A stretch of 42,234 bases of DNA from Campylobacteraceae bacterium (GTDB lineage Bacteria; Campylobacterota; Campylobacteria; Campylobacterales; Arcobacteraceae): contig JABSON010000003.1 in assembly GCA_013215915.1 (NCBI GenBank), positions 1 through 42,234 on the forward strand. The letters run 5' to 3'. The stretch's first letter is position 1. The number at the start of each line of letters is the position of its first letter. Shown here piece by piece: positions 9,129-21,340 of the stretch. The notes beneath the pieces were generated by a model. It was given only the letters and a program-made list of their open reading frames with translations, had not been told where the DNA came from and made no database searches. Position numbers and translations under genes: made by a program.

Positions 9129-10270
9129 TTTACGATATAGTTATAATTGGAGCGGGAGCTAGTGGGCTTATGTTAGGCTCATTATTAAACAAGAATTTAA
9201 ACACTTGTTTAATAGATACGAATAAAAAAATAGGTGCAAAAATAAAAGTTTCTGGTGGAGCTAAGTGTAATATTACAAATGAAGTAGTTACATCTGATAA
9301 TTATCTAGGTGAAAGTACTTTTGTTCAAAACATTTTAAATCAATTTTCTTCATCTGATATGCTAAAGTTTTGTAAAAAGAATGGCCTTGAAACAGTTTTT
9401 AATGAAAAACTTGTAAAAGGAACTTATTTTTGTAAAAGCTCAAATGATGTAAATTCTATGTTTGCACATTTAAACTCACATAATAGAACTTTTTTAAATA
9501 CTGAAGTTTTAGATATAGAATATAAAAATCATTATATTATTAAAACATCTAATCAAACAATTGAAGCTAAAAAAATAGTAATTGCTTCTGGAGCTATTAG
9601 TTTTCGTACTCTTGGAGCTTCTTCTATTGCTTTTGATATAGCAGAAAAATTCTCACATAAAGTTTCACGATTAGATCCCGCACTTGTAGGATTTACTGTT
9701 CAAAAAGATCAGTTTTGGTTTAAAGAATTATCAGGTGTATCATTAGAAGTAAGAGCAAAAGTAGAACATAAAGAATTTTTAGGTGGAATGTTATTCGCAC
9801 ATAAAGGTCTTACTGGTCCTATTATTTTAAACTCTTCTTTATATTGGAAAAAAGGTTTGATGCATTTAGACTTTTTACCACATAATGATTTAAAACCATT
9901 TTTTAAATCTAATAAAAAAATATCTTCAGCACTTCCTTTAGTGAAAAGATTTATTGTAGCATTTTTAGAATCTGTTAATTTAGAAGATAAAGCTATTTCT
10001 TCTTTAAATGAAGAAGAAAAAGAAAAACTATATTTACTTAAACATTATGCTTTTGCACCTGCTGGTAATTTCGGATATACAAAAGCAGAAGTTACAAAAG
10101 GTGGAATTTTAACCGAACAAATCAATGATGAAACAATGATGAGTAAAATACAAAAAGATATGTATTTTATTGGAGAGTGTTTAGACGTTACTGGTGAACT
10201 AGGTGGATTTAACTTTCAGTTTGCATGGTCTAGTGCATTTGTTTGTGCGAAAAGTTTAAATAAAAACTAG
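9125..10270 (+). CDS. HI0933/BaiN-family flavoprotein
   Basis: IIGAGASG, SGGAKCNITN, AEVTKGG, GECLDVTGELGGFNFQFAWSS. Confidence 0.92.
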   Translation: MIYDIVIIGAGASGLMLGSLLNKNLNTCLIDTNKKIGAKIKVSGGAKCNITNEVVTSDNYLGESTFVQNILNQFSSSDMLKFCKKNGLETVFNEKLVKGTYFCKSSNDVNSMFAHLNSHNRTFLNTEVLDIEYKNHYIIKTSNQTIEAKKIVIASGAISFRTLGASSIAFDIAEKFSHKVSRLDPALVGFTVQKDQFWFKELSGVSLEVRAKVEHKEFLGGMLFAHKGLTGPIILNSSLYWKKGLMHLDFLPHNDLKPFFKSNKKISSALPLVKRFIVAFLESVNLEDKAISSLNEEEKEKLYLLKHYAFAPAGNFGYTKAEVTKGGILTEQINDETMMSKIQKDMYFIGECLDVTGELGGFNFQFAWSSAFVCAKSLNKN

Positions 10271-10311
10271 AAATTAGATATAATTTCAGAAATACATATA
10301 TAGGATAAAGA

Positions 10312-11124
10312 TTGAGAATTGCATTTATAGGTGATATTGTTGGTAAACCTGGTAGAAAAATAATTGAACAAAATTTACAAAGATTAAGAGACGAACATAA
10401 AATTGATTTTGTTATAGCAAATGGTGAGAATGCTTCTCACGGTTTTGGTCTAACTGTTAAAAATGCAAATGAATTATTTAAAGTTGGTATTGATGTAATC
10501 ACTGGTGGTAATCATTCTTTTGATAAAAAACAAGATATGTTTGCACTATTAGAAGGTTCAAATGTTTTAAGACCTGATAATTATCCTCCTGGATTAGTAG
10601 GTGAGGGTATTAAAACTTTTGAAGTTAATGGTGAAAAACTTACTATTATAAATCTTATGGGTACTTACTGTATGCCTTTTTGTGAAAATCCTTTTAACTG
10701 GGCTACACGTTTAGTTGAAGACTTAGAAGAAAAAGGTATTAAAAATATTTTTATTGATTTTCATGCAGAAGCTACAAGTGAAAAAAGAGTTATGATGAAA
10801 ATGTTTGAAGGAAGAGTATCTGGAATTTGTGGAACTCATACTCATGTAGGAACTGATGATCTTCAAATAGCTAATGGTACTACATACTTAAGTGATATAG
10901 GTCTTACAGGATGTAGAGACAATGTTATTGGAATGGATAAAAAAGTTCCTATAATGAAAGCTACAACAGGATTAGGTGGACATTTTGATATTCCAAAAAC
11001 TTGTAAATCTATACTTCAAATTTTAGTTATGGATTATGAAGATGGAAAATCTGTAGATGCATTTAAAATTAAGTTTTTATCTCATTCTAATGAAACAATT
11101 ATTACGAAAGCTATGATTGAATAG
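10312..11124 (+). CDS. YmdB/TIGR00282 metallophosphoesterase
   Basis: GDIVGKPG, NGENA, TGGNH, DFHAEATSEK, GTHTH. Confidence 0.95.
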   Translation: MRIAFIGDIVGKPGRKIIEQNLQRLRDEHKIDFVIANGENASHGFGLTVKNANELFKVGIDVITGGNHSFDKKQDMFALLEGSNVLRPDNYPPGLVGEGIKTFEVNGEKLTIINLMGTYCMPFCENPFNWATRLVEDLEEKGIKNIFIDFHAEATSEKRVMMKMFEGRVSGICGTHTHVGTDDLQIANGTTYLSDIGLTGCRDNVIGMDKKVPIMKATTGLGGHFDIPKTCKSILQILVMDYEDGKSVDAFKIKFLSHSNETIITKAMIE

Positions 11125-11752
11125 TATTTCAAATTCATATGATTTATTTATCTTTTTAAAAGATTTAAATCTTATTGAATCGCAGCCACTTAATTGGTGG
11201 CCTGCAAATAGCGAGCTTGAAATATTATTAGGCTCAATTCTAACTCAAAATACTAAATGGGAAAATGCCCAAAAATCTTTAAAAAACTTAGAAAAGTCAA
11301 ATCTTTTATCTTTAGAAGAACTCTCATGTGTAGATCTAGAAATACTAACTATTTTAATCACTCCAAGTGGATTTAAAAATCAAAAAGCAAAACGAATAAA
11401 ACTCTTAGCTAAAAACATAATTGAAGAGTTTGGTGACTTTGAAAACTTCTGCTTGAATGTATCAAGGAATTGGATATTAGAGCAAAAAGGAATAGGACCA
11501 GAAACTGCTGATGCAATTATGTGCTACTGTATTCATTCTGATGAAATGGTAGTAGATTCATATACAAATAGACTTCTTAAAAAGTTTGGATATGAATTTG
11601 AATCTTATGATGATTTAAAATCATGGTTAGAATATGGAATTAATGAAAATTTTGATAAAATAAAAAAAATTTACACAAATGAAATTAGCTTAAATACAAT
11701 TTATTGTAGGTTTCATGGAAAAATTGTTGAGTATATGAAAAACAATAAGTAA
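11117..11752 (+). CDS. HhH-GPD DNA glycosylase (3-methyladenine glycosylase-like)
   Basis: ILTQNTKW, SGFKNQKA, KGIGPETADAI, VVDSY, FHGKIVE. Confidence 0.88.
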   Translation: MNSISNSYDLFIFLKDLNLIESQPLNWWPANSELEILLGSILTQNTKWENAQKSLKNLEKSNLLSLEELSCVDLEILTILITPSGFKNQKAKRIKLLAKNIIEEFGDFENFCLNVSRNWILEQKGIGPETADAIMCYCIHSDEMVVDSYTNRLLKKFGYEFESYDDLKSWLEYGINENFDKIKKIYTNEISLNTIYCRFHGKIVEYMKNNK

Positions 11753-11782
11753 ATATGAATATTCAATTAAAAGGTTAGAATT

Positions 11783-12574
11783 TTGATAATTATTCCTCAA
11801 ACAAAAGGTGGCGTTGGTAAATCAACAGTTGCTATGCAAATAATTGCACCTTATTTATATAAAAAACATGGTAAAAAAATTACTTATATTGAAATTGATG
11901 ATGAAAATAATGATTCAAATTCATTTACAAGAACTGGTATTGTTAATAAAAGAATGTTAGGTACAAATAGAATTTCTGAACTTGATGAATTAATTCTAAT
12001 GGATGATAATCATGAAGTTATTGTTGATGTTGGTGGAAATAAAACATCATCTTTAGTTTTAGATGAAATTAAAAAAGTTGGATCTTTTGGGAATATTAAG
12101 TGGATTATTCCTTTAGGTGATGGTGAACTTGATGGTAAAAATGCAATTGCAACTATGAAAAAAATTAGAAAAATTGAAGATAATTCAGAAGATAATATAA
12201 TTTTTGCATTAAATAGAGCAATTTCAATGGAAGATGATTATATCAATGAACAATTTATTAACTTTTTTGGACATAAGTATTTAGAATCAAATTCTGTTAT
12301 TTGTGATTTTGTAAAAGATCCAAATTATTTTACAGTTAAAAATGATAAAGTAATTACTATGAGTAGATACTTAGGTTCTACAGTTTGGGAAATGGCTTAT
12401 AATAATACTGATTTTGCAAAAAAAGCAGTTGCAGCTAAAGAAATGGGTGATATTGAAATGGCTAGAAAGTATCTATTTTTTAGACGAATTCAAACAGAAT
12501 CAAAAGATTATGTTTTAAACGTATTAAATAAAATCTTTTGTGATTTAGATAGATGGATTGATATAAAAAAATGA
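11783..12574 (+). CDS. ParA/MinD-like P-loop ATPase of unknown function
   Basis: Deviant Walker A KGGVGKST, IEID, VIVDVGG. Confidence 0.75.
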   Translation: MIIIPQTKGGVGKSTVAMQIIAPYLYKKHGKKITYIEIDDENNDSNSFTRTGIVNKRMLGTNRISELDELILMDDNHEVIVDVGGNKTSSLVLDEIKKVGSFGNIKWIIPLGDGELDGKNAIATMKKIRKIEDNSEDNIIFALNRAISMEDDYINEQFINFFGHKYLESNSVICDFVKDPNYFTVKNDKVITMSRYLGSTVWEMAYNNTDFAKKAVAAKEMGDIEMARKYLFFRRIQTESKDYVLNVLNKIFCDLDRWIDIKK

Positions 12575-12819
12575 GTGAAATGAGTTTTAAACAAGCAAAG
12601 GAAATAGTTGAAAGACTAGAATTTACTGAGCTTACATTAAAAAAAACTTTAGCAAATATACATAAATCATCTAAAACTTTAGATAGATCTTTAGAAAAAC
12701 AAAATCAAATAATGGATAATTTTCCTCAATCTGATAAAAGAATTAACAACTTAAAACTTTTAGTAGTTTTAAACGTTGGATTTATTTTAGGTTTATTAGT
12801 ATCAAAATTATTCTTCTAA
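12571..12819 (+). CDS. Small coiled-coil protein with C-terminal TM anchor
   Basis: Overlaps the upstream stop (ATGA); hydrophobic tail LLVVLNVGFILGLLVSKLFF. Confidence 0.7.
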   Translation: MSEMSFKQAKEIVERLEFTELTLKKTLANIHKSSKTLDRSLEKQNQIMDNFPQSDKRINNLKLLVVLNVGFILGLLVSKLFF

Positions 12820-12841
12820 AAAAATAGAAATAGGAAAGAAA

Positions 12842-13552
12842 ATGGGTAAACAAGAAAAAATTGTATCAATGTTTGACGAGATTGCAGGAACTTATGATAT
12901 TACAAATAGAGTTATAAGTATGGGTATTGATAAGTCTTGGAGAAACAAAGCTTGTAATTTAGCATATAGTTTTTATGAGAAAAAAACTATTCCTAAAATT
13001 GTAGATGTTGCTTGTGGAACAGGTGATATGATTACTTATTGGAAAAAAAATGCAAAAGAAAATGCAATTAATTTAGAAAACATTATTGGTATAGATCCTA
13101 GTGTTGGAATGATGGAAGTTGCTCGAAAAAAACTACCAGAAGTTGAGTTTATTGAATCTGGTGCTGCTTCTATGCCTTTAGAAGATGAGTCTGCTGACAT
13201 TATTTCTATTTCTTATGGAATTAGAAATGTAGTTCAAAGACAAGAAGCATTTAATGAATTTGCAAGAGTTCTTAAAAAAGATGGTTTAGTTGTTATTTTA
13301 GAATTCACTAAAAATGAAAAAAGAAATCCTTTAGATTATATAACTGATTTTTACATGACTAAAATTATGCCAAAACTTGGAGCTTTAATTTCAAAAAACA
13401 AAGAAGCTTATACTTATTTACCTAATTCAATTGATGAGTTTTTAACTCAAGATAATTTAAGTAAAGAATTAAAAGAAGCAGGATTAGAACCTATTTATGT
13501 AAAAGGTTTTTCAATGAATATTTCAACTTTATTCATTGCTCGTAAGATATAA
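12842..13552 (+). CDS. ubiE: Demethylmenaquinone/ubiquinone methyltransferase
   Basis: MFDEIAGTYD, DVACGTGD, YGIRNV, AYTYLPNSI. Confidence 0.95.
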   Translation: MGKQEKIVSMFDEIAGTYDITNRVISMGIDKSWRNKACNLAYSFYEKKTIPKIVDVACGTGDMITYWKKNAKENAINLENIIGIDPSVGMMEVARKKLPEVEFIESGAASMPLEDESADIISISYGIRNVVQRQEAFNEFARVLKKDGLVVILEFTKNEKRNPLDYITDFYMTKIMPKLGALISKNKEAYTYLPNSIDEFLTQDNLSKELKEAGLEPIYVKGFSMNISTLFIARKI

Positions 13553-13575
13553 GTAGATATTTTACAAATATATTT

Positions 13576-13608
13576 AAAAGAATAGTTTTTTAACTATTCT
13601 TTTTTTTT
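13576..13608 (+). terminator. Intrinsic terminator after ubiE
   Basis: AAAAGAATAGTT-TTTT-AACTATTCTTTT followed by a T run. Confidence 0.7.
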
Positions 13609-13708
13609 AACTTCAAAATATATCTTCAATATCTTTCACTCGTATATCAAATAATTAAAAAATACTATAGAATATATTCAAAAAAATATTCATACTCTAA
13701 GGAAAAAA

Positions 13709-14893
13709 ATGAATGCTTTAAGCGTCTCAACTTTAAATAATCAAATCAAATCTTTACTTGAAACTACTTTTATGGGAGCTTATGTTGAAGGAGAGATATC
13801 GAACTTAACATACCATGCTTCTGGACATATATATTTTTCAATAAAAGATGAATCCTCATCAATCTCTTGTGTTATGTTTAAAGGAAATGCTAGATATTTA
13901 AAATTCAATCTTGAAATGGGAATGAAAGTTTTAATATCTGGAAGTATTTCAGTATATACTCCAAGAGGTTCTTATCAATTAATGTGTACAAAAGTTGAAC
14001 CTTCAGGTCAGGGTGCTTTAGCTCTAGCTTATGAACAATTAAAAAACAAACTACAATTAAAAGGATATTTTGAAACAAGTATTAAAAAAACTTTACCTAA
14101 GTATCCTAAAAAAGTGGCCCTTGTAACATCAGGAACAGGAGCTGCTATTGAAGATATGAAAAAAGTTGCTATTCACAGATGGCCTTTAGTTGAATTTATT
14201 TTAATACCTACTTTAGTTCAAGGAGAAGCAGCAGCTTCTGATATTGTACAAGGAATTAAAATAGCTGATAAATTAGCTTGTGATGTAATAGTTGTAGGAC
14301 GTGGTGGAGGAAGTAAAGAAGACTTATGGTCATTTAACGAAGAAATAGTATGTGATGCTATTTATGAAGCAAATACTCCTATAGTTTCAGCTGTGGGACA
14401 TGAAATTGATTATTTGTTATCTGATTTTGTATCTGATGTAAGAGCTGCTACTCCTTCAAATGCAATTGAAATTATATTACCTGATATTAATGAACATAGA
14501 ATGTATTTAGATTCACTAAGAAATGATTTATCTTCAACTTTTAGATATTCTTTAGAGAAAAAAGAAAATGAAATTATTAATTATAAAAAACTATATGAGC
14601 AAAATTCTATTTCTACTAAGTTTACTTTTGTAGAAAGTGAGATAAATATTTTAAAAAATAATTTTCATAAATTTTTTGAACAAATCATTTATAATAAAGA
14701 ATTAGTAAAAGAAAACCTAATGAAAAGTTTTGAAATATCTCATCCTGATAATAAAATTAAAAAGGGTTTTGCCCAAGTTATAAAAGATAAAAAAATAATT
14801 GAATTAGATGATCTTAAAACTTCAGATGAATTTTATTTAGAAAGTGCAAAAAGCCAAGCCTTATGTAAAATTATAAATATGACTAAGATTTAA
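13709..14893 (+). CDS. xseA: Exodeoxyribonuclease VII large subunit
   Basis: GEISN, SGHIYF, GRGGGSKEDLW, SAVGHEID, RAATPS. Confidence 0.95.
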   Translation: MNALSVSTLNNQIKSLLETTFMGAYVEGEISNLTYHASGHIYFSIKDESSSISCVMFKGNARYLKFNLEMGMKVLISGSISVYTPRGSYQLMCTKVEPSGQGALALAYEQLKNKLQLKGYFETSIKKTLPKYPKKVALVTSGTGAAIEDMKKVAIHRWPLVEFILIPTLVQGEAAASDIVQGIKIADKLACDVIVVGRGGGSKEDLWSFNEEIVCDAIYEANTPIVSAVGHEIDYLLSDFVSDVRAATPSNAIEIILPDINEHRMYLDSLRNDLSSTFRYSLEKKENEIINYKKLYEQNSISTKFTFVESEINILKNNFHKFFEQIIYNKELVKENLMKSFEISHPDNKIKKGFAQVIKDKKIIELDDLKTSDEFYLESAKSQALCKIINMTKI

Positions 14894-14949
14894 GATAATA
14901 AAGGATAAAATAATTAAAATAAAATTATCTTAACTAAATAGGAATCAAT

Positions 14950-15426
14950 ATGGCAAACGAAGAAATTGTAAACTGGGAAAATACTAGCGAATATATGACA
15001 TTTGTGTTAGGTACAATGAAATACGCAATTGAGTTGCCAAAAATTAGAGAAATTCTTACTTATCCAGAAATTGTTACTATTTTACCAAATACAACTGATT
15101 GGGTAAAAGGTTTAATTAATTTAAGAGGTGAAGTTGTACCTATCTTAGATTTAAGAATTAAATTTGGAACAGGTGAAGTTGAATATAATGAAAATACAGC
15201 TGTAATTGCCGTTATTACTGAAGATAAAAGAATGATTGGTATTGTTGTTGATAAAGTTGACGATGTTCAACGAATTGATACAAGCGTATTAGCTGCTGTT
15301 TCAGAAATGGGTTCTGCTATTCCTTCTCGATATTTAAAAGGTTTTTTAAGACTTAATAATAATGAAATGTTAGTTATTATGGATATTGAAGCTGTTGTTC
15401 ATAAAGAAGAATTACAAAAATCATAA
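14950..15426 (+). CDS. cheW: Chemotaxis adaptor CheW
   Basis: GLINLRGEVVPILDLR, GIVVDKVDDV. Confidence 0.92.
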   Translation: MANEEIVNWENTSEYMTFVLGTMKYAIELPKIREILTYPEIVTILPNTTDWVKGLINLRGEVVPILDLRIKFGTGEVEYNENTAVIAVITEDKRMIGIVVDKVDDVQRIDTSVLAAVSEMGSAIPSRYLKGFLRLNNNEMLVIMDIEAVVHKEELQKS

Positions 15427-15441
15427 AAATTAGGTGTAAAA

Positions 15442-16797
15442 ATGGCAATAGATATTTTAAAAAAAATCAACATCTTATATGTTGAAGATGATGATAATAT
15501 TAGAAAAGAGTTAGAAAACCTTTTATCTAAATTGTTTAAAAATGTTTATACTGCAAATAATGGTTTAAATGGTTTAAAAGAATTTAAAAAATATGAAAAT
15601 GAAATTGATATAATTGTTTCAGACATTAATATGCCTGAATTAAATGGTATCGAAATGGTAAAAGCTATTAGACTTAAAAACCCTGATATGCCAATAGTAT
15701 TAACAACTGCATATTCTGATAAAGATTTTTTAACAGATGCAATAAAGATAAAAGTTGATGCTTATATTATTAAACCAATTGATGTAAAAGTACTAATTGA
15801 ATCTTTACAAAAAATCGCACAACATGTATATAATAATACTTTATTAAAGCAGCAAAAACTTGAACTTTCAAACTATAAAGAAGCTTTAGATTCTAATAAT
15901 ATTATTATTAAAACTAATATAGACTTTGAGATATCTTTTGTAAATAAATTATTTGAAATAACAACTTCTTTTACAAATGAAGAATTAAAATCTAAAAGTT
16001 TTTTATCTTTAAAACATTCTGATATTACTTCAGAAGTTTTTGAATTGATTCAAAAGTCAATGAATCTTGATATTTCTTGGAATGGTATAATAAAATATAT
16101 TACAAAAGATGAAAATACTTTTTTTATAGCTGAAACTTATATTATGCCAACTCATGATGAATATGGAAAAACTAATGGTTATTTATGTATTTTAAGTGAT
16201 ATTACAGAAGAACAAAGTAAAAAACGTAATATTCAAATGGCTATGATGAAAGATAAAGGTGATATCTTTTCTAAGTCAAAATCTGATAATGCTGAAAGTT
16301 TTGTAAAAGTTAATGAATTAAGTTCAAAAGTTGAGACTTTTGAAAATGAAATAAGTGAATATAAAAAAAGACATGAAAAGTCAGCTAATCTTATTTTAGA
16401 TTTAAAAACTGAAAAAAAAGTATTATCTAAAGATTTATCTTATTACAAAAAAATAGTTGATTCATCTGAACATTCAACTTCAATGGCTGCAAAAGCGAAT
16501 AAAGATAATGCTGATTTAAAAAGTGTATTAAAAGAGACTGAAGTTGAATTAAAAGAACTTTATATAAGCTCAAGTGAAACTTTAGAAGATCAAAAGAATA
16601 AATATGAGAAAAAATTAAAAAGATTAACTACAGAAGTTAAAATATTTAGAGAAAATATTGGTAATGTTGATCTTAATAATGAAAAAATTATTTATTGGAA
16701 AGAAAAAGCAAAAAGTGAAGCTATGAGAGTTGCAGCAATTGAGAAAAAGATTATTGAAACAAAAGATGAATCTTTTCTAAAAAGAATCTTTAACTAA
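15442..16797 (+). CDS. Response regulator: REC + PAS + C-terminal coiled coil
   Basis: ILYVEDD, SDINMPELNG, YIIKP; PAS-like ISFVNKLF...WNGII; heptad-rich C-terminus. Confidence 0.85.
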   Translation: MAIDILKKINILYVEDDDNIRKELENLLSKLFKNVYTANNGLNGLKEFKKYENEIDIIVSDINMPELNGIEMVKAIRLKNPDMPIVLTTAYSDKDFLTDAIKIKVDAYIIKPIDVKVLIESLQKIAQHVYNNTLLKQQKLELSNYKEALDSNNIIIKTNIDFEISFVNKLFEITTSFTNEELKSKSFLSLKHSDITSEVFELIQKSMNLDISWNGIIKYITKDENTFFIAETYIMPTHDEYGKTNGYLCILSDITEEQSKKRNIQMAMMKDKGDIFSKSKSDNAESFVKVNELSSKVETFENEISEYKKRHEKSANLILDLKTEKKVLSKDLSYYKKIVDSSEHSTSMAAKANKDNADLKSVLKETEVELKELYISSSETLEDQKNKYEKKLKRLTTEVKIFRENIGNVDLNNEKIIYWKEKAKSEAMRVAAIEKKIIETKDESFLKRIFN

Positions 16798-16801
16798 TAT
16801 T

Positions 16802-16834
16802 CTATTAAATAAAAGTTTAACTTTTATTTAATAG
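16802..16834. terminator. Perfect 16-bp inverted repeat between convergent genes
   Basis: CTATTAAATAAAAGTT-T-AACTTTTATTTAATAG. Confidence 0.6.
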
Positions 16835-17342
16835 TGATTTTTATAATTTTTTGATTAATTTCAGGTTTACCTTGTCTATTAGCTCTTACATTTTCTAACT
16901 TTTTAACAATCTTCATTCCTTTTGTAACATAACCAAAAATTGTATGTTTACCATTCAACCAGTATGTTGGAACTGTTGTTATAAAAAACTGTGAACCATT
17001 AGTATTTCTACCAGCATTAGCCATAGCTAAAATTCCAGGCTTATCAAATACTGCATTAGGTGAGAATTCATCTTTGAATTTTTTACCCCAAATTGACTCT
17101 CCTCCTCTACCAGTTCCAGTTGGATCTCCACCTTGAATCATAAAGTTCTTAAGAATACGGTGAAATATTAAACCATCATAATAACCAGCTTTTGAGTGAG
17201 TAACAAAGTTCTCAACAGCAAGAGGTGCTAAATCTGCTCTTAATTCAATTTCAATTGTACCTTGAGTTGTTTTCATTACAGCAATTGGATTAGCTGCAAA
17301 TAACATGATTGAAGTACTTATTAGTAATAAAAGTTTTTTCAT
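16824..17342 (-). CDS. ppiA: Periplasmic cyclophilin-type peptidyl-prolyl isomerase
   Basis: Signal peptide; FHRILKNFMIQGGDP, AMANAG, NGSQFFIT, LNGKHTIFG. Confidence 0.93.
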   Translation of the reverse strand: MKKLLLLISTSIMLFAANPIAVMKTTQGTIEIELRADLAPLAVENFVTHSKAGYYDGLIFHRILKNFMIQGGDPTGTGRGGESIWGKKFKDEFSPNAVFDKPGILAMANAGRNTNGSQFFITTVPTYWLNGKHTIFGYVTKGMKIVKKLENVRANRQGKPEINQKIIKITIK

Positions 17343-17502
17343 TATCTGTCCTATTTTTATTTTATTGAGTATATAATTAAATATATAAAAACTAATTTAA
17401 TTGTATATGTTTATTGTCTAAGCTAAAAGAGGATAAAATAGGCAAAATAGTTAGTTATAATATAGCTAAGATTAGAAAATTAATAGGTAAGGAACTTAGT
17501 AT

Positions 17503-17886
17503 ATGACATTTGATATGCTATATAGCAAAATTCATAGAGCAACAGTTAGTGATGCTAACTTAAATTATGTTGGATCTATTACGATTGATGAAGACTTAAT
17601 GAAGGCTTCTAAATTAAGAGTTGGGCAAAAAGTTGAAATAGTAAATGTTAATAATGGTGAAAGATTTGCAACATACGTTATTAAAGGAAAAGCTGGATCA
17701 AAAGATATGTGTCTTAATGGTGCAGCTGCTAGAAAAGTAGAAATAGGTGACAAAATTATTGTAATTGCTTATGCTTCATATTCTGAAAAAGAATTAGAAA
17801 CATATAAACCAACAGTAGTAATATTAGATGATGATAATAATATAGAACTAATAACTAATGAATTAATAGGAAGTAATGATGTTTGA
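17503..17886 (+). CDS. panD: Aspartate 1-decarboxylase
   Basis: [31 protein letters not shown]. Confidence 0.97.
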   Translation: MTFDMLYSKIHRATVSDANLNYVGSITIDEDLMKASKLRVGQKVEIVNVNNGERFATYVIKGKAGSKDMCLNGAAARKVEIGDKIIVIAYASYSEKELETYKPTVVILDDDNNIELITNELIGSNDV

Positions 17887-18199
17887 TGGAATAGACTTAA
17901 GTAAAATTAATTTAAATGAAATAATGGGTCAGATGCAAGAAATGGCTGATAAATCAAAAGTAGATAATGCATCTTCTATTTTCACTTCAAAATCTGGTGG
18001 GGGAATGGTAAGTATTTCAATTAATGGTAACTCAGAAGTAATTGATTTACAAATTGATGATTCTTTATTAGAAGATAAAGATTCTTTAAATATTTTATTG
18101 ATTTCAGCTATGAATGATGTTATTAAACAAGCTAATAGTAATCAAAAAGCAATGGCTATGAATATGATGGGGAACTTAGGTTCATTCGGAAAAAAATAA
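17879..18199 (+). CDS. ybaB: YbaB/EbfC nucleoid-associated protein (start 17876 or 17879)
   Basis: [20 protein letters not shown]. Confidence 0.9.
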   Translation: MFDGIDLSKINLNEIMGQMQEMADKSKVDNASSIFTSKSGGGMVSISINGNSEVIDLQIDDSLLEDKDSLNILLISAMNDVIKQANSNQKAMAMNMMGNLGSFGKK

Positions 18200-19060
18200 G
18201 TGAAAGAAATCTTAAATACATTTGAAGAATATTTAAATAATAATCTTCCTGAATCTAAGACTTTTCATCCTTATTTTGAAGAAGCCCTAGCTTCTATGCT
18301 AAAAGCAGGTGGGAAAAGATTTAGACCCATGCTACTTTTATGTGTAGTTAATTCAAAAAACTCTTTATTAGTTGAAAGTTCTTTAAGCACTGCTTATGGA
18401 TTAGAAATGCTTCATACATATTCTTTAATTCATGATGATTTGCCAGTTATGGATAATGCTGATTTAAGAAGAGGATTTGTAACTATTCATAAAAAATATG
18501 ATGACGTAACTGCTGTTTTAGTAGGAGATGCTTTAAATACTGAAGCTTTTAATCAAATTGCAAACGGACCTTTATCTAACGATGTAAAAATTGAACTAAT
18601 TCAAACTTTATCAAGTGATGGTGGAATTAATGGGATGATTATAGGTCAAGCTATTGATTGTTATTTCGAAAACAAAGTACTTGAACTTAAACAATTAGAA
18701 TTTTTACATATTCATAAAACTGCAAAACTTATTGCATCTTCTTTAAAAATGGGAGCAATTATTGCTTTGTATCCAAAAGATGTACAAGAGAAACTATATA
18801 ATTTTGGAATTGATATTGGTTTATTATTTCAAATTCAAGATGATATTATAGATGAAACACAAAGTAGCGAAGAAGCTGGAAAAACAACTCATAATGATGA
18901 GAGCAAAAACTCATTTGTTAATCTTTTAGGATTAAAAGAGTCAATTAATCAAGCAAATACTCTAGCACAAAAATGTGAAAATACATTAAATACTTTAGAT
19001 GAAAATCTAAAAAATTCATTAAAAGACTTATTAAACAAATATTTATACAGACATAATTAA
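18200..19060 (+). CDS. ispA: Geranyltranstransferase / FPP synthase
   Basis: GGKRFRP, SLIHDDLPVMDNADLRRG, FQIQDD. Confidence 0.93.
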   Translation: MKEILNTFEEYLNNNLPESKTFHPYFEEALASMLKAGGKRFRPMLLLCVVNSKNSLLVESSLSTAYGLEMLHTYSLIHDDLPVMDNADLRRGFVTIHKKYDDVTAVLVGDALNTEAFNQIANGPLSNDVKIELIQTLSSDGGINGMIIGQAIDCYFENKVLELKQLEFLHIHKTAKLIASSLKMGAIIALYPKDVQEKLYNFGIDIGLLFQIQDDIIDETQSSEEAGKTTHNDESKNSFVNLLGLKESINQANTLAQKCENTLNTLDENLKNSLKDLLNKYLYRHN

Positions 19061-19061
19061 A

Positions 19062-19082
19062 CTTTAGTCACATATACTCAAT
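19062..19082 (+). promoter_or_regulatory. HAIR-like (HspR) operator
   Basis: CTTTAGT-N7-ACTCAAT versus consensus CTTGAGT-N7-ACTCAAG (12/14). Confidence 0.65.
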
Positions 19083-19086
19083 TTAC

Positions 19087-19115
19087 TTGACAATTACACA
19101 AAAATGATATACAAT
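19087..19115 (+). promoter_or_regulatory. Sigma70 promoter of groESL
   Basis: TTGACA-N17-TACAAT. Confidence 0.8.
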
Positions 19116-19142
19116 TTAGCACTCAAAAATTTAGAGTGCTAA
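19116..19142 (+). promoter_or_regulatory. CIRCE element (HrcA operator)
   Basis: Perfect TTAGCACTC-N9-GAGTGCTAA. Confidence 0.97.
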
Positions 19143-19176
19143 TAAAAATACTTACATACTTTATAGGAGAAATATT

Positions 19177-21071
<1,895 letters not shown>

Positions 21072-21104
21072 TCTGACAAGACTCATTCTTTAGACACTCA
21101 AAAC

Positions 21105-21142
21105 TTGTGAAGGATCTCGATTATATCGAAGATTCTTCACAA
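21105..21142 (+). terminator. Long imperfect hairpin after groEL
   Basis: TTGTGAAGGATCTCGAT-TAT-ATCGAAGATTCTTCACAA. Confidence 0.6.
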
Positions 21143-21340
21143 ATCTTACTTCATTATTTCTCAACAATTTCTCAATTTTCTAAGCTATTTCAACCTAAAA
21201 CAATAAAAATAAGTAAATTTACTCATAAATAAAATAATTAAAGCTAAAAGATAAAAAAGTGTTTATTATAGAATAAAGAAAGATGGAAAAACTGTATACT
21301 ATTTTATCTACGTATGAATTATATAATTATTTTAAAAATA

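Noticed and set aside
17451..17469. Imperfect palindrome TTAGTTATA-A-TATAGCTAA upstream of panD
   Set aside because: Short and AT-rich, with no supporting regulator motif
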